Shown: positions 47,613-58,634, numbered from the stretch's first letter. The stretch is DNA of 64,000 nucleotides from an uncultured Gemmatimonadaceae bacterium (GCA_963781585.1 CAWAGQ010000006.1:32001-96000); one strand, 5' to 3'. Translations and numbers: made by a program. Notes: generated by a model from the sequence alone, not told the origin.

Positions 47613-47632
47613 CTTCCGGTGCTGACGAATCG

Positions 47633-47812
47633 TCAGAGCGCCGGGCGCACGGATATCAAAAGGAAGAGCGCCGCGGCCACGACCGCCGTCCCGAGCAGGA
47701 GCAGAACCAGTCTCAACCGGCCTGAGCCGGTTGCCTTCGGCACCTGCGTCTCGGCGGCAAACTCCTTCTGCCAGAGTGGGTGCCGGTGTACTTCGAGGTG
47801 ACTGATCGTCAT
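47633..47812 (-). CDS. 59-aa small protein with C-terminal TM helix (absent from the ORF track)
   Basis: MTISHLEVHRHPLWQKEFAAETQVPKATGSGRLRLVLLLLGTAVVAAALFLLISVRPAL*, GGAAGG RBS, ends just before the terminator. Confidence 0.5.
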   Translation of the reverse strand: MTISHLEVHRHPLWQKEFAAETQVPKATGSGRLRLVLLLLGTAVVAAALFLLISVRPAL

Positions 47813-48111
47813 GTGCCCTTCCGCCGTCAGGGTGCATGCAGGGCGGGTGACAATCGCCCGCGCCTGTCGTGAAGCAAGCCCCGGACCGTGACGGTTTCCG
47901 GCTCTGCCCGGTCACGGAATGGCACTCCGACCAGCAGGATCGTGGCTGAGGCGACACAGTTGTGGCGGAGGTGGGACAACACGACGGTGAGCCTGACCAA
48001 TGCGAGGCGGCGACTCCGCTCTGGCGCGAGTGTCGGCGCGGACGATGTCGCCGGTGTCAGAGCCAACGTCGATTGGGTCGCCAGTCCAACGCCGCCCTGC
48101 CTGACGCGGTG

Positions 48112-50220
48112 CTAGAAGCGAACGATTTCCTGATACGCCGCCACAAAGTCGTCGACCTGCGGCAGAATCGCGTCTTCAAGCCTGGGCGCGTAGCCGACGA
48201 ATGTGTCCGACGACCCGATCCGCCGCACCGGGGCGTCGAGCCAGGCGAAGCACTCATTCGCGATCCGGCTCGCGATCTCCGAGCCGTACCCCCACGACAG
48301 CGCGTCTTCGTATGCCACGATCACCCGGTTCGTTTTCTTCACGGAAGCGAACACCGTCTCGCGGTCCCACGGCGAGAGCGACCGCAGATCGATCACCTCC
48401 ACCGAAATGCCCTCGTCAGCCACCTTGTTCGCGGCCGTGAATGCGCGGTGCACAGTGGCCCCGTACGTCACCAGCGTCACATCCGTCCCCTCCCGCACCA
48501 CCTTCGCCTTTCCGAACGGGATCATGAAGTTCGGTCCGGGATACGCCGCCTTGTTGTACGTCTGCCGGTACAGATGCTTGTGCTCGAGAAACATCACCGG
48601 ATCGTCGCACCGGATGGCCGTTCGCAGGAGCCCGTTCGCGTCGAGCGCCGTGGCCGGGCAGATCACGCGCAGGCCAGGGCACTGGGTGAACAACGAGGCG
48701 CCGGTCTGTGAATGATAGATGGCGCCCCGGATGTAACCGCCGTAGGTCGTCCGCACGACCACCGGCGCGCTGAACGCGTTGTTGGACCGCCAGCGCATCG
48801 TCGCCAGCTCGTTGCGGAGCTGCATGTACGCCGGCCAGATATAGTCGAAGAACTGAATCTCGACCACCGGCTTGAACCCGCGCAGCGCGAGGCCGACCGC
48901 GCGCCCGATGATGTTCGCCTCGGCCAGCGGCGAGTTGTACACGCGATCGGCGCCGAATTCCTTCTGCAGCCCCCACGTCACCTTGAACACCCCGCCTTTC
49001 CCCTTCACCTTGCCGAGGTACTGGTCGCGCGACACGTCGGCCACATCCTGCCCGAAGACGATGATCTTCCCGTCCCGCCGCATCTCGTCGCGCATGCAGG
49101 AATTCAGCAGGTCCACCATCGTGGTCTCGTTCCCGGAGAACTGGGGATCGTCCTCGGTATCGAACTGTTCGCTGGTGGGATCGACATCCGGGGAATAGAC
49201 CCCGACGTACACCGACGCCGGCTCCGGCTGTTCCCTGCCTAACGCATCGTCGGTGGCGGCCTGCACCACGCTCTCCACGTCGCCGCGAATGCGCTCGAGA
49301 TCGGCCTCGGATGCGTGCCCCTCTTTCACCAGCCACGCCGGGTACGTCGTCACCGGATCGCGCGCCGCATCTGCACTCCGCTCCTCCGGCGGCCGATAGA
49401 GCACCTCGTCGTCCGACAGTGAATGCGAATAGGGACGGATCACGTGCGCGTGCACCAGCGCCGGACCCTGTCCGCTCCGCACGTATTGCACCGCGTTCGC
49501 CATCACCGCATGACTGGCGGGGAAGTCGCAGCCGTCGACTTCCTGAATGAACAAGCCCGGGAAGCCTGTCACCAGCTTCGAGATCGAGCCCCCCGCGGTC
49601 TGCACCTCGACCGGGACCGAGATCGCGTACCCGTTGTCCTCGACGAGATACAGCACCGGGAGCTTGAGATTGCACGCGCTGTTGAGCGATTCCCAGAACT
49701 CGCCTTCGCTCGTGGTCCCATCTCCAGCCGACACGAAGACGATCTCGTCCTCGTGCAACCCCACATCGAGTCCGAGTCGCCGGGCGCGCATGATTCCTTC
49801 GGCGCACCCCACCGCGGGCAGGAACTGCGTGCCGGTCGGTGACGACGACGACACGATGTTCAGCGCCTTGTGCCCCCAGTGGCTCGGCATCTGCCGTCCG
49901 CCGGAATTCGGGTCAATGGCGGCACCCACCGCGGAATACAACATCTCTTCCGGCGTCATCCCCAGCGACAGGCAGAGCGCGCGATCCCGGTAGTACGGGA
50001 AGAACCAGTCGTACGATGGTCGGAGGAGCATCCCGGCCGCCGCCAGCACCGCCTCGTGACCCGCGCCGGAAATCTGAAACCAGATCCGGTTCTGACGCTT
50101 GAGCTGGATCTCCTTGTCGTCCAGCCGCCGGGACAGGAGAATCGTGCGGTACGCCGACAACAACTGGTCGCGGCTCAGGTCGGTAACAGTTGGCCGCTGG
50201 GCTCTGAGTCTTGTGGGCAT
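48112..50220 (-). CDS. 2-oxoacid dehydrogenase E1, fused alpha/beta subunits
   Basis: ThDP motif GDGTTSEG...[30 protein letters not shown]. Confidence 0.95.
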   Translation of the reverse strand: MPTRLRAQRPTVTDLSRDQLLSAYRTILLSRRLDDKEIQLKRQNRIWFQISGAGHEAVLAAAGMLLRPSYDWFFPYYRDRALCLSLGMTPEEMLYSAVGAAIDPNSGGRQMPSHWGHKALNIVSSSSPTGTQFLPAVGCAEGIMRARRLGLDVGLHEDEIVFVSAGDGTTSEGEFWESLNSACNLKLPVLYLVEDNGYAISVPVEVQTAGGSISKLVTGFPGLFIQEVDGCDFPASHAVMANAVQYVRSGQGPALVHAHVIRPYSHSLSDDEVLYRPPEERSADAARDPVTTYPAWLVKEGHASEADLERIRGDVESVVQAATDDALGREQPEPASVYVGVYSPDVDPTSEQFDTEDDPQFSGNETTMVDLLNSCMRDEMRRDGKIIVFGQDVADVSRDQYLGKVKGKGGVFKVTWGLQKEFGADRVYNSPLAEANIIGRAVGLALRGFKPVVEIQFFDYIWPAYMQLRNELATMRWRSNNAFSAPVVVRTTYGGYIRGAIYHSQTGASLFTQCPGLRVICPATALDANGLLRTAIRCDDPVMFLEHKHLYRQTYNKAAYPGPNFMIPFGKAKVVREGTDVTLVTYGATVHRAFTAANKVADEGISVEVIDLRSLSPWDRETVFASVKKTNRVIVAYEDALSWGYGSEIASRIANECFAWLDAPVRRIGSSDTFVGYAPRLEDAILPQVDDFVAAYQEIVRF

Positions 50221-50558
50221 GCGTGTCGATGCGTGGGTGATGCGCACACAGCTTGGATGAAAATAGTGTGGGCGCGACCGCCTGACATCCGGGATTCCAC
50301 CGCTCCCCGGACCGACCGACCGCCCGCACCGGCAGGGCCCTCCTAACAACCCGCACGGCATAGTGTTGCGTCGCCACCGGGCCTGCGGCGTTGCGGCCGC
50401 GCGCGCTGAGGATCGTGACGTCGGAGCCGCCTGGCATCCGGGAGAATCCGCCGGTCACCCGCGTCCTTCTCTCGAATCGCGTGCCGCGCTCCTCTGCCGA
50501 CGGATCCCATGGCATCCGACATGCGCTATACTGAGACGAATTCGCACTGGGGAGCGAC

Positions 50559-51050
50559 ATGTCGGATTTCGTGGCGCACTGCATCTTCTGCGAGATCATC
50601 CGTGGGGGCGGCGAAGTCTCCATCTGCTACGAGGATTCCGACGCTATCGCCTTCATGGACATCCAACCGGTGAACGCAGGTCACGTCCTGGTCGTCCCGC
50701 GCGAGCACTACGAGTCACTGAATGACGTGCCGCCGGCCCTGGCGATGCATCTGTTCGAAGTCGCCCTGAAGCTCGGCCCCATCATTCGCCGGGTCGGGAA
50801 CTCCGACGACCTCAACGTGGTGGTGAGCAGTGGCGAGGCGGCGGGCCAGAACGTCTTCCACTACCACGTGCACGTGATCCCGCGGAAGGCAAACGACGGG
50901 TTCGATATCCCCCTGCCGTTCGACGGTTCGAGAATGCCCGACCGGACCTTGCTCGACGCCACCGCCGCGCGGATCATCACCGCGCTCCGGGATCCCGCCC
51001 GCCGCACCAGTCGCAAGACGCCGGTCACCCCGCCGCGCGCGGTCGTCTGA
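50559..51050 (+). CDS. HIT family hydrolase
   Basis: CIFC, GHVLVVP, HYHVH. Confidence 0.95.
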   Translation: MSDFVAHCIFCEIIRGGGEVSICYEDSDAIAFMDIQPVNAGHVLVVPREHYESLNDVPPALAMHLFEVALKLGPIIRRVGNSDDLNVVVSSGEAAGQNVFHYHVHVIPRKANDGFDIPLPFDGSRMPDRTLLDATAARIITALRDPARRTSRKTPVTPPRAVV

Positions 51051-51053
51051 GCA

Positions 51054-51968
51054 TCAGCCCGCGAGCACCGGCTGAGCGCCCGGTCTTCCGCCTGCATGTG
51101 CCGTGAACAGGCGCGGGCGCTGCGCCCCCTCCCACGCCAGCATCGCGCGCTTCCGCTCAAGGCCCCAACGATAGCCGCCTAACGCACCGGTGTTCCGGAG
51201 TACGCGGTGGCAGGGGATCACGAATGCCACCGGATTCCGCCCCACCGCCGTCCCCACGGCGCGCACCGACTGCGGCGCCCCGATCGCCGCCGCCACGTCC
51301 CCGTACGTCGTCACCGTGCCGGCCGGGACGCGCAGCAAGGCCTCCCACACCTTCACCTGGAAATTCGTCCCGCGCACCAGGAGCGCGAGTGGCACCAGCC
51401 CCGCCCGATCACGGATCTCCAGTGGCGTGAAGATCCGCCGTGCCACGGACGCCGTCGCCCGCGGTCTCTGCTCAATGGTCGCATTGGGCCAGCGTTCAGC
51501 CAGGTCGCCGATGGCGGCCGTCCTGGTGCCCTCGAAGAACGACAGCCCGCAGATGCCGCGGTCGGTGATGGCTAGGAGACACTCACCGAACGGGGTGTCG
51601 TGGAACCCCGCACTGATGCGCAACCCGCTGCCGCTGGTGCGATACTCTCCCGGCGTCACCGCCTCGAGCGTCACGAACAGATCGTGAAGCCGGCCGCCAC
51701 TCGACAGTCCCGCGTCGTACGTGGCGTCCAGAAGATTGCGCGACCGTCGCAACAGATCCTTGGCGTAGCCGAGCGCGAGCATCTGCGAGAACCGCTTGGG
51801 GCTGATGCCCGCCCAGCGCGTGAACAGCCGCTGGAAATGGAATGGGCTCAGGCCGACATGTCGGGCGACCTCATCGAGACTTGGCTGCGCCGGGGAACGC
51901 GCGTCGAGATACCGGATTGCGCGCTCGATGCGATGGTAATCGGTGGTGTTGGATGCGGAGATGGTCAT
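51054..51968 (-). CDS. Ada-like AraC HTH + O6-methylguanine methyltransferase
   Basis: LSPFHFQRLF; GTNFQVKVW...NPVAFVIPCHRV. Confidence 0.93.
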   Translation of the reverse strand: MTISASNTTDYHRIERAIRYLDARSPAQPSLDEVARHVGLSPFHFQRLFTRWAGISPKRFSQMLALGYAKDLLRRSRNLLDATYDAGLSSGGRLHDLFVTLEAVTPGEYRTSGSGLRISAGFHDTPFGECLLAITDRGICGLSFFEGTRTAAIGDLAERWPNATIEQRPRATASVARRIFTPLEIRDRAGLVPLALLVRGTNFQVKVWEALLRVPAGTVTTYGDVAAAIGAPQSVRAVGTAVGRNPVAFVIPCHRVLRNTGALGGYRWGLERKRAMLAWEGAQRPRLFTAHAGGRPGAQPVLAG

Positions 51969-52080
51969 GGTTCACTCACTGTGTGCAGCGAGATCTAGCA
52001 GCACGCGGCGGCAGGGCCAACCCGGATCTTGCGACGTCGACACGCCGGCGGACGCGGGCTCGCAAAAAGCGTCGGTGGAA

Positions 52081-52143
52081 TCAACTAATGCTCTAGTTGA
52101 CAAGTCAAAAGGCGTCCTGTAGGTTCTACTAAACTGCTAGTAG
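52081..52143 (+). promoter_or_regulatory. blaI promoter with two palindromic operators
   Basis: TCAACTA-N6-TAGTTGA (52081-52100), TTGACA 52097 -17 nt- TAGGTT 52120, CTACTA-N6-TAGTAG (52126-52143). Confidence 0.8.
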
Positions 52144-52184
52144 CAAGGGTTACTATCCGCCGGTCGCGGTCTCAGTTTGACCGA

Positions 52185-52233
52185 CTTTGGCCTTTGGCCT
52201 TTGGCCTTTGGCCTTTGGCCTTTGGCCCTCGGC
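52185..52233 (+). repeat. Heptamer tandem repeat
   Basis: (CTTTGGC)x6 plus CCTCGGC in the blaI 5' UTR. Confidence 0.9.
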
Positions 52234-52250
52234 CTCCGCTCTCCCACTCC

Positions 52251-52634
52251 ATGCCTGACATCTCTTTCACCGATCGCGAGCTGGACGTGATGGCCGTGCT
52301 GTGGCAGCGCGGTCCCTCCACTGTGGCCGAAGTGCGTGAGCTGCTCGCCGATCCGCTGGCCTACACGACCGTGCTGACCGTGCTGCGCACGCTCGAGGCC
52401 AAGGGCTATGTCGCGCATGAGCACGAGGGCAAGGCGCATCGCTACCGCCCTTTGGTGGCCCGGGAGGCCGCGGGCACGAGTGCGCTCGGTCAGGTGCTCG
52501 ACAAGATCTTCGACGGCTCTCGCGAGATGTTGCTCGCGAACCTCGTGCGCGAACGCGGCATCGATGACGTGGAGCTCCGGCGTCTTCGTCGAGTGCTCGA
52601 CGAACGAGCGACGAGACAGAGGGAAAGAAAATGA
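52251..52634 (+). CDS. BlaI/MecI/CopY family repressor
   Basis: FTDRELDVMAVLW...LAYTTVLTVLRTLEAKG. Confidence 0.93.
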   Translation: MPDISFTDRELDVMAVLWQRGPSTVAEVRELLADPLAYTTVLTVLRTLEAKGYVAHEHEGKAHRYRPLVAREAAGTSALGQVLDKIFDGSREMLLANLVRERGIDDVELRRLRRVLDERATRQRERK

Positions 52635-54076
52635 TCGCCCTCATGGCATACGGCACGCTGGTCGCTCTTTGCGCCGCCGTCTCGGCTCTCGCGCTGGAGC
52701 CGTTGGTGCGTGCCCGCGGATCGGGAACGCGCTGGATCTGGTGTGCTGCACTGGGTGTGAGCGTGCTCGGATGCGCGGCGGCGATGTTCGTGCCGCGCGA
52801 CGTCGCGAGTGACCACGCGCTTCTCCCTGCGCCGCAAGCGAGGCCTGTCCTCGCAATGCCGCCGGAAGTGTCGAGCCCCAGGTTTTCTGGCTGGGGACGA
52901 CGCTTCGACGACGGTCTCGCGGTCGCCTGGGCGGCGGTGAGCGTCGTGTTGCTCGGTGTCCTGCTCGCCGGGATGCGTCGCATCGATCGGGAACGTCGAC
53001 ACGCGCGGCCGCTCATCGGCAGCGGTGCGACGGTGCTGGTGACCGAACATCTCGGACCCGCGGTCGCTGGGTTCGTGCGGCCTGCGATTCTCGTTCCCCG
53101 CTGGGTGCTTGCGCTGGATGCCGTTCCGCGTCGGCTCCTGCTGACGCATGAGATCGAGCACCTGCGGGCCGGTGATGGGCGGTTGCTCTGGCTGAGCGCG
53201 GTCGTCGCCGCGCTCCTGCCATGGAATCCCGCCGTCTGGCTCATCGCACGGCGTCTCCGCCTGGCGGTGGAGGTTGACTGCGATGTACGCGTGCTGGCCC
53301 GGATCCCCGACGTGCGGGCCTACGGGGATCTCCTCCTCCTGACCGCCGCTCGGCGCGCGCCGGACCGCACGGTCGTGCTGGCCACCGTGCCCGGCGCTTC
53401 CACTGAACTTTCCCGGAGGATTCACGCGATGATCGATCGTCGTCCGCTCTCGAAACGATGGCCCATCGTGCGCATTGCCGTGGCGTTAGGTGCTGTGGTG
53501 GTGGCATGCGAGTCGCCCAGGCCGGAGCCGGTGGCGCCAGTGGACTTCGCCCGTACGCTGACCGGGTCCGCGAACAGCGAGAACCTGCCGAAGGGCTATC
53601 GTGAGATACCCGTCCTCAAGGCGTCCGACTCGGCGTTCGTGGACTATCTCCGGCGGTTTCACCCGGAACTCCTCTCCACGACCTCATCCAGTCCCGTGGT
53701 CCGCGTCTTCACCTATGCGGGTCAATTGGTCCAGGTCGGGCGCCCCGGTCTGTCAGGGCACATGTACGACGGGAGCGGACGGCTGCTGGCGAAGGCCGGC
53801 CTCGACAACATCGACCCGAACGACATCGGGAGCATCGAGGTGGTCAAAGGCCGCAAGCTCCCGGCCCCGCTGAGCGGCGGCTTGATCACCATCTTACTCA
53901 AGGAGCCCGCGGGAGCCTTGCCCGCCAAGCCAACGGCGGAAGGCGTGTGTCAGAACGGCTTCCGGCGTCGCGTCGGCTATGTGCCGGAACGGTGCGGTTC
54001 CCCCACAGTCGTGCTTCGTGAGACAGGCAAGGTCCCCAAGGTACTGCAGAAGGGAGACACCAGCCTCCCTCGGTGA
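52631..54076 (+). CDS. BlaR1-like M56 metallopeptidase with C-terminal plug-like motif
   Basis: GPAVAG, HEIEH, PWNP, EVDCD; IDPNDIGSIEVVKG. Confidence 0.88.
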   Translation: MIALMAYGTLVALCAAVSALALEPLVRARGSGTRWIWCAALGVSVLGCAAAMFVPRDVASDHALLPAPQARPVLAMPPEVSSPRFSGWGRRFDDGLAVAWAAVSVVLLGVLLAGMRRIDRERRHARPLIGSGATVLVTEHLGPAVAGFVRPAILVPRWVLALDAVPRRLLLTHEIEHLRAGDGRLLWLSAVVAALLPWNPAVWLIARRLRLAVEVDCDVRVLARIPDVRAYGDLLLLTAARRAPDRTVVLATVPGASTELSRRIHAMIDRRPLSKRWPIVRIAVALGAVVVACESPRPEPVAPVDFARTLTGSANSENLPKGYREIPVLKASDSAFVDYLRRFHPELLSTTSSSPVVRVFTYAGQLVQVGRPGLSGHMYDGSGRLLAKAGLDNIDPNDIGSIEVVKGRKLPAPLSGGLITILLKEPAGALPAKPTAEGVCQNGFRRRVGYVPERCGSPTVVLRETGKVPKVLQKGDTSLPR

Positions 54077-54081
54077 CCGCG

Positions 54082-54390
54082 CTACTGCCTCGACCAGAAC
54101 TCCGCATCATCGACGCGGGCACGCAGGGTGAGCGCGTCTCCGTCTGCCGCGATCTCCACATCCGCTGCGCGGAGCGGCGGGCCGCCGTCGTCCGCCAACT
54201 CGAACGCCAGGGTGTCGCGCGCCCTCACATAGCGCTCCGGATTCGTGACTCGCAGCGTGAAAATCGGCTCGATCAGCGCGTATCCGGTTCCGGGGTGAAA
54301 CACGCCTCCCACGAACCGTGTCGACGGGTCACGGTCTTCGAGCTCCGACCTGCCGAGCACGATGCCGTGGAGTTTCAGGGCGTACGTCAT
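54082..54390 (-). CDS. Hypothetical protein
   Basis: MTYALKLHGIVLGRSELE...; follows nadE on the same strand. Confidence 0.55.
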   Translation of the reverse strand: MTYALKLHGIVLGRSELEDRDPSTRFVGGVFHPGTGYALIEPIFTLRVTNPERYVRARDTLAFELADDGGPPLRAADVEIAADGDALTLRARVDDAEFWSRQ

Positions 54391-54406
54391 CGGCGACCGC
54401 GTCGCG

Positions 54407-56296
54407 TCAGTAGTCCACCGGCCGCAAATAGGACTCGCCGATCGCCGTGTGACTGAGGAGCGCGACCGTGGGCAGCTTGCGCTTCCAATGCGTTCCCTCG
54501 AGCCGATTGCGGACCAGCTCCACCTCGAACTGGTCGAACCCGCGCGAGCCGAGATCGGCGACTGAATATCCCCACAGCAACCAGTTGAGAATCGTGTCAG
54601 CTTTCGCGTAGCTGATGCCGAGGTCCGTCTCGTCGGTCTGTCCATCGACCAGATCGGCGGTCGCCGGCTTGGTGATGATCTCCTCCGGCACGCCCAGGTG
54701 ACGCGCCAGGGCCCACACCTGCGTTTTGAAGAGATCTCCCAGCGGGTTGATGGGTGGCGAATCGTCGGCGTGCCAGGTGAAGTACCCGAACAGGCGCTCG
54801 GTCTTGTTCCCGGTGCCTAACGGGACGCCCCGTTCGGCCGCCGACAGATCGAACAGGGCGATCATCCGCATCCGGGAGATCACGTTCCCTCGCCGGGTGC
54901 CGTCGGCCGTCGGCTCCTGCGCGAGGTAGCCGTCCACGGCCGCCGTCAGGTCAATGGTGCGGGTTCGGATCCCGAGCGCGTCGATCACCATCTGCGCATG
55001 TGCGAGGCTGTCGGGGCGCGATGTGCGGTAGGGAAGGCGAACCCCGAGCACGTTTTCGGCCCCGATCGCGCGCGCGGCCAGAAACGTCGTCACTGCCGAG
55101 TCCACGCCTCCCGACAAGCCGACTACGGCGCGCTCGAAACCTCGTCGCTGCATCTCGTCGCGAATGAACCGGACGAGCCACTCTTCGACCATGGGTGCGT
55201 CGATGTCGAGCGATGGCGGCTGGCCATGGGCGACACAGGGCACGTGCAGCGCGGGAATGATCCGGGTGGCGTTCGATTGGTGGGAGTCGAAGTCCGTCGG
55301 CGCGCCAGATTCTGTATTGGGGGGGGCCCCCCAGGCTCCTGTTCCTCGCGACGGCCGCTCCTCCGGTGGATCGAACGCCGCCATCCCCCCCTCCCCCCGT
55401 TCCACCGCCTCCATTGCCCGATGCAGGTGCGGCAGCGCCGTGCGCAGATCCGACAGCAGGGGCATATCCGCTCGCGCCCGGGCGATGTCGCCCAGGTCGA
55501 TGGCGAGCGTCACGATTGCCTCGTCAAATGCCGGCGCCCGCACCCGGAGATCGCCACGGGGACCGGCCACGCATGATCCGCCGGCAAAGACCTTCCCGCC
55601 TTCGCTTCCCGCCAGGTTGGCCAGCGACACAAAGACCCCGTGTTCATCGGCCATGTCCCGCACCAGACGCTCCCAACGCGCCACGCTCCCCGGGCCCGGC
55701 ACGCCGTCCAGCGACTGTAGCCCGCGTGCCGGCGCGGCTGAAGCAAGAAAGATGATCTGCGCGTCATCCAGCGCAGCGATCGCGCTCGAGAGGCTGTGCC
55801 AGGCGTCCTCGCAGATCAGCATCGCCGCACGTCCCCACGGCGTGTCGAACGCACGAATGTCGTGCCCCCGCTCGACAAACCGTTCCTCGTCGAACAGGCC
55901 GTACGTCGGGAGGAAGTTCTTGCGATGCACGTGGAGTACCCGAGGCGCCCCCTCGCCAAGCCGGATGTACGCCGAGCTGTTGTACAGCGTGTCGCGCCAC
56001 CGCTCGTAAAAGCCTACCACCACGTCGAGAGGGCGCCTGGCCCGCTCATCGCCGATGCTCTCCGCGTAGGCCGCATCCAGGTCGCGGGCCACCGTCCCCG
56101 CCGTCACCGCCACATCGCGCACTCCCCCTTCGACGAAGTAGCCGCTCAGCACGGTCTCCGGGAAATGCACTACATGCGGATGCGGCGACAGCATGCGCAG
56201 TTGCGCAAATACGTCGCTCAGGCGCGCGAGATTCGCCTCGTAGTCGCCTTTGAACGGGTGCAGCTGTGCTATGGCCAGGGTGAGCAGCCGGGACAT
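54407..56296 (-). CDS. nadE: Glutamine-dependent NAD+ synthetase
   Basis: Nitrilase-fold triad FPE / RKNFLP / ICED plus GLSGGVDS, GTGNKTE, DLFKT. Confidence 0.95.
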   Translation of the reverse strand: MSRLLTLAIAQLHPFKGDYEANLARLSDVFAQLRMLSPHPHVVHFPETVLSGYFVEGGVRDVAVTAGTVARDLDAAYAESIGDERARRPLDVVVGFYERWRDTLYNSSAYIRLGEGAPRVLHVHRKNFLPTYGLFDEERFVERGHDIRAFDTPWGRAAMLICEDAWHSLSSAIAALDDAQIIFLASAAPARGLQSLDGVPGPGSVARWERLVRDMADEHGVFVSLANLAGSEGGKVFAGGSCVAGPRGDLRVRAPAFDEAIVTLAIDLGDIARARADMPLLSDLRTALPHLHRAMEAVERGEGGMAAFDPPEERPSRGTGAWGAPPNTESGAPTDFDSHQSNATRIIPALHVPCVAHGQPPSLDIDAPMVEEWLVRFIRDEMQRRGFERAVVGLSGGVDSAVTTFLAARAIGAENVLGVRLPYRTSRPDSLAHAQMVIDALGIRTRTIDLTAAVDGYLAQEPTADGTRRGNVISRMRMIALFDLSAAERGVPLGTGNKTERLFGYFTWHADDSPPINPLGDLFKTQVWALARHLGVPEEIITKPATADLVDGQTDETDLGISYAKADTILNWLLWGYSVADLGSRGFDQFEVELVRNRLEGTHWKRKLPTVALLSHTAIGESYLRPVDY

Positions 56297-56516
56297 GGCA
56301 GAGAAGTTGGGGGCTGGTGAAATCGCGAGCAACAGCGACCTTTCGCTTCTCGTCGCGACGTACGGCGACGCGGCTGGCCAGGCCGCACGTTTTTGTGTCG
56401 CAGGTCACCCCGCCAGCCGGTGGAACGCCACACATCAGCCGGGTACGTACTGAGCGCGTTGTCCCGCTGGGCCGCGCTGTCTCAACCACATTCCGTCCCC
56501 ACCGCACGAGCGGCTC

Positions 56517-58634
56517 GTGGCCCGTGGCGTATGGTCTCCGGTTTTGACCTGTGGCCTATGGCCCTGGCCCCATATTTGTCTCGTGTCACTCCCTCGAATT
56601 CTGCCCGCGGCACTCAGGCGGCCGGCCCGCGCTATCCGCCCGGCGCTGTTCCTCGTCACCGCGCTGTCGTCGGCAACCGCGCAGCAATCTCGACCCTCCT
56701 CAGGAGAGCCGTGGCAGATCATCCAACCGCTCCAGTCCACCTTCGTCTTCGCGCGTGACGGCTCGCTCATCGGCGAGATCGGTCGTGAATGGCGGTCGAG
56801 CATCTCCATCCGCACCCTGCCGAAATACGTCCCCGAGGCGTTCATAGCGGTCGAGGATCAGCGGTTCTATCAGCACGACGGCGTCGACATCGTAGGACTC
56901 GCGGGTGCCATCAAGGACGCCGTGCGCGGGAGTCCGCGCGGCGCCAGTACCATCACGCAGCAGCTGGTGGGCAACATGCACCCCGACATCATCGATCGCC
57001 GCGACATCAGCCTCGGGCGCAAGCTCCGCGAGCAGGCCGCTGCGAGAGAGATGGAGAAGCACTACACGAAGGAGCAGATCCTCGAGGCGTATCTCAACCA
57101 GCTCGACTTCGGCCACCGCTGGTTCGGTATCGAAACCGCCGCTCGCCACTATTTCGGCAAGGGCGCGGCGCAGCTGTCGGTTGCGGAGGCGGCGACGCTG
57201 GCCGCCATCATCAATGGTCCCAGCTACTACGATCCGGTCACGCACCCCGATCGCGCCCGCGGCCGGCGCAATCTCGTCCTGTCGCTCATGGCTGACCAGA
57301 AGTACCTGACCTCCGAACAAGCGGCCGCCGCGCGCCGCGATCCGCTCGAGATCGCGAAGGACGGAGGCTACGCCGCTCCCGCTCCGTACTTCGTGGACGT
57401 GGTGCGCGTTCAGGCCGAGCGCGCCGGCGTGCCGGTTACCGCCGGCGGCTATCGCGTCTACACGACGCTCGATCCCTCGGTGCAGCGTGCCGCCGTCACC
57501 GCCCTGGTCGACGGAACGCTCGAGATCGAGCGTCAGCCAGGCTATCGGCATCCCACGTTTCAGCACCGCACACCCGGGAGGAGCGACTATTTGCAGGGCG
57601 CGGTAGTCGCCCTCGATCCGTTCACCGGTGACGTGCGGGCGCTGGTCGGCGGTCGCGACTACGCGGCCTCGCCATTCGACCGGGCCGTTGATGCGATGCG
57701 CCAGCCCGGTTCGGCGTTCAAGCCGATCGTCTATGCGACCGCCATCGCCGACAGCCTCCCTCCGAATCTCGTCGTGTCAGACACCGCCATCGCCATCCCA
57801 TTGCCGAACCACACGGTCTACAAGCCGGAAAACTCGGACGGCGCGTACCTCGGCAACCTGACAATGCGCGAAGCCCTCGCGCGCTCGCGCAACGTCGTCG
57901 CCGTGCAGATCGGCCAGCGGGTTGGTATGGAATCGGTGATCGCGACGGCGAGAAGCATGGGAATCACGGCGCCCATCGAGCCCTATCCCTCCAGTGCGAT
58001 CGGCGCCGCGGCGGTGCAGCCGCTCGATCTCGTGGCTGCCTACGCGACGATCGCGAACCTCGGCGCGCGCGTCGAGGCACGGTTCATCACGTATATCGAG
58101 GACGCCGGGGGACACACCGTCTGGCAGAACCCCATTGTCCAGCCGCAGGAGGTGCTCGACCCACAGGTCGCCTTCATTGTCCGTGACATGATGCGGGACG
58201 TGGTGGAGCGCGGCACCGCCACCGCGGTCCGGCGCTTCCTTCCGGAGTCGGTGCCGGTGGCCGGCAAGACCGGCACGACCAACGACAACGCCGACGTCTG
58301 GTTCGTGGGCATGACGCCCGATCTCGTGGCCGGCGTGTGGCTCGGCTTCGATCGACCCGCTCCCATTGCACCCGGTGCCGCGGGCGGCACGCTGGCCGCC
58401 CCGATCTGGGGCAGGATGCTGGCCCTCGCCGGCGAGACCGGCGCCGGGGCGCCGTGGTCGCCGCCGGTGCAGCTGGTGACCGCCGAACTCGATCGCGACA
58501 CTGGCCAGCCCGTGACCGTCCTTACTCCGCCAGACCGCCGCTACACGGAGTACTTCCTCCCCGGAACCGAGCCGCTCTTCCTGCACCTCGACTCCTGGTC
58601 GCTCTTTCGTGGTCGTGCGCTCCAGCCTCGTTAG
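56517..58634 (+). CDS. Class A penicillin-binding protein (PBP1A family)
   Basis: EDQRFYQH, GASTITQQ, RKLRE; SAFK, SRN, KTG; start uncertain. Confidence 0.95.
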   Translation: MARGVWSPVLTCGLWPWPHICLVSLPRILPAALRRPARAIRPALFLVTALSSATAQQSRPSSGEPWQIIQPLQSTFVFARDGSLIGEIGREWRSSISIRTLPKYVPEAFIAVEDQRFYQHDGVDIVGLAGAIKDAVRGSPRGASTITQQLVGNMHPDIIDRRDISLGRKLREQAAAREMEKHYTKEQILEAYLNQLDFGHRWFGIETAARHYFGKGAAQLSVAEAATLAAIINGPSYYDPVTHPDRARGRRNLVLSLMADQKYLTSEQAAAARRDPLEIAKDGGYAAPAPYFVDVVRVQAERAGVPVTAGGYRVYTTLDPSVQRAAVTALVDGTLEIERQPGYRHPTFQHRTPGRSDYLQGAVVALDPFTGDVRALVGGRDYAASPFDRAVDAMRQPGSAFKPIVYATAIADSLPPNLVVSDTAIAIPLPNHTVYKPENSDGAYLGNLTMREALARSRNVVAVQIGQRVGMESVIATARSMGITAPIEPYPSSAIGAAAVQPLDLVAAYATIANLGARVEARFITYIEDAGGHTVWQNPIVQPQEVLDPQVAFIVRDMMRDVVERGTATAVRRFLPESVPVAGKTGTTNDNADVWFVGMTPDLVAGVWLGFDRPAPIAPGAAGGTLAAPIWGRMLALAGETGAGAPWSPPVQLVTAELDRDTGQPVTVLTPPDRRYTEYFLPGTEPLFLHLDSWSLFRGRALQPR

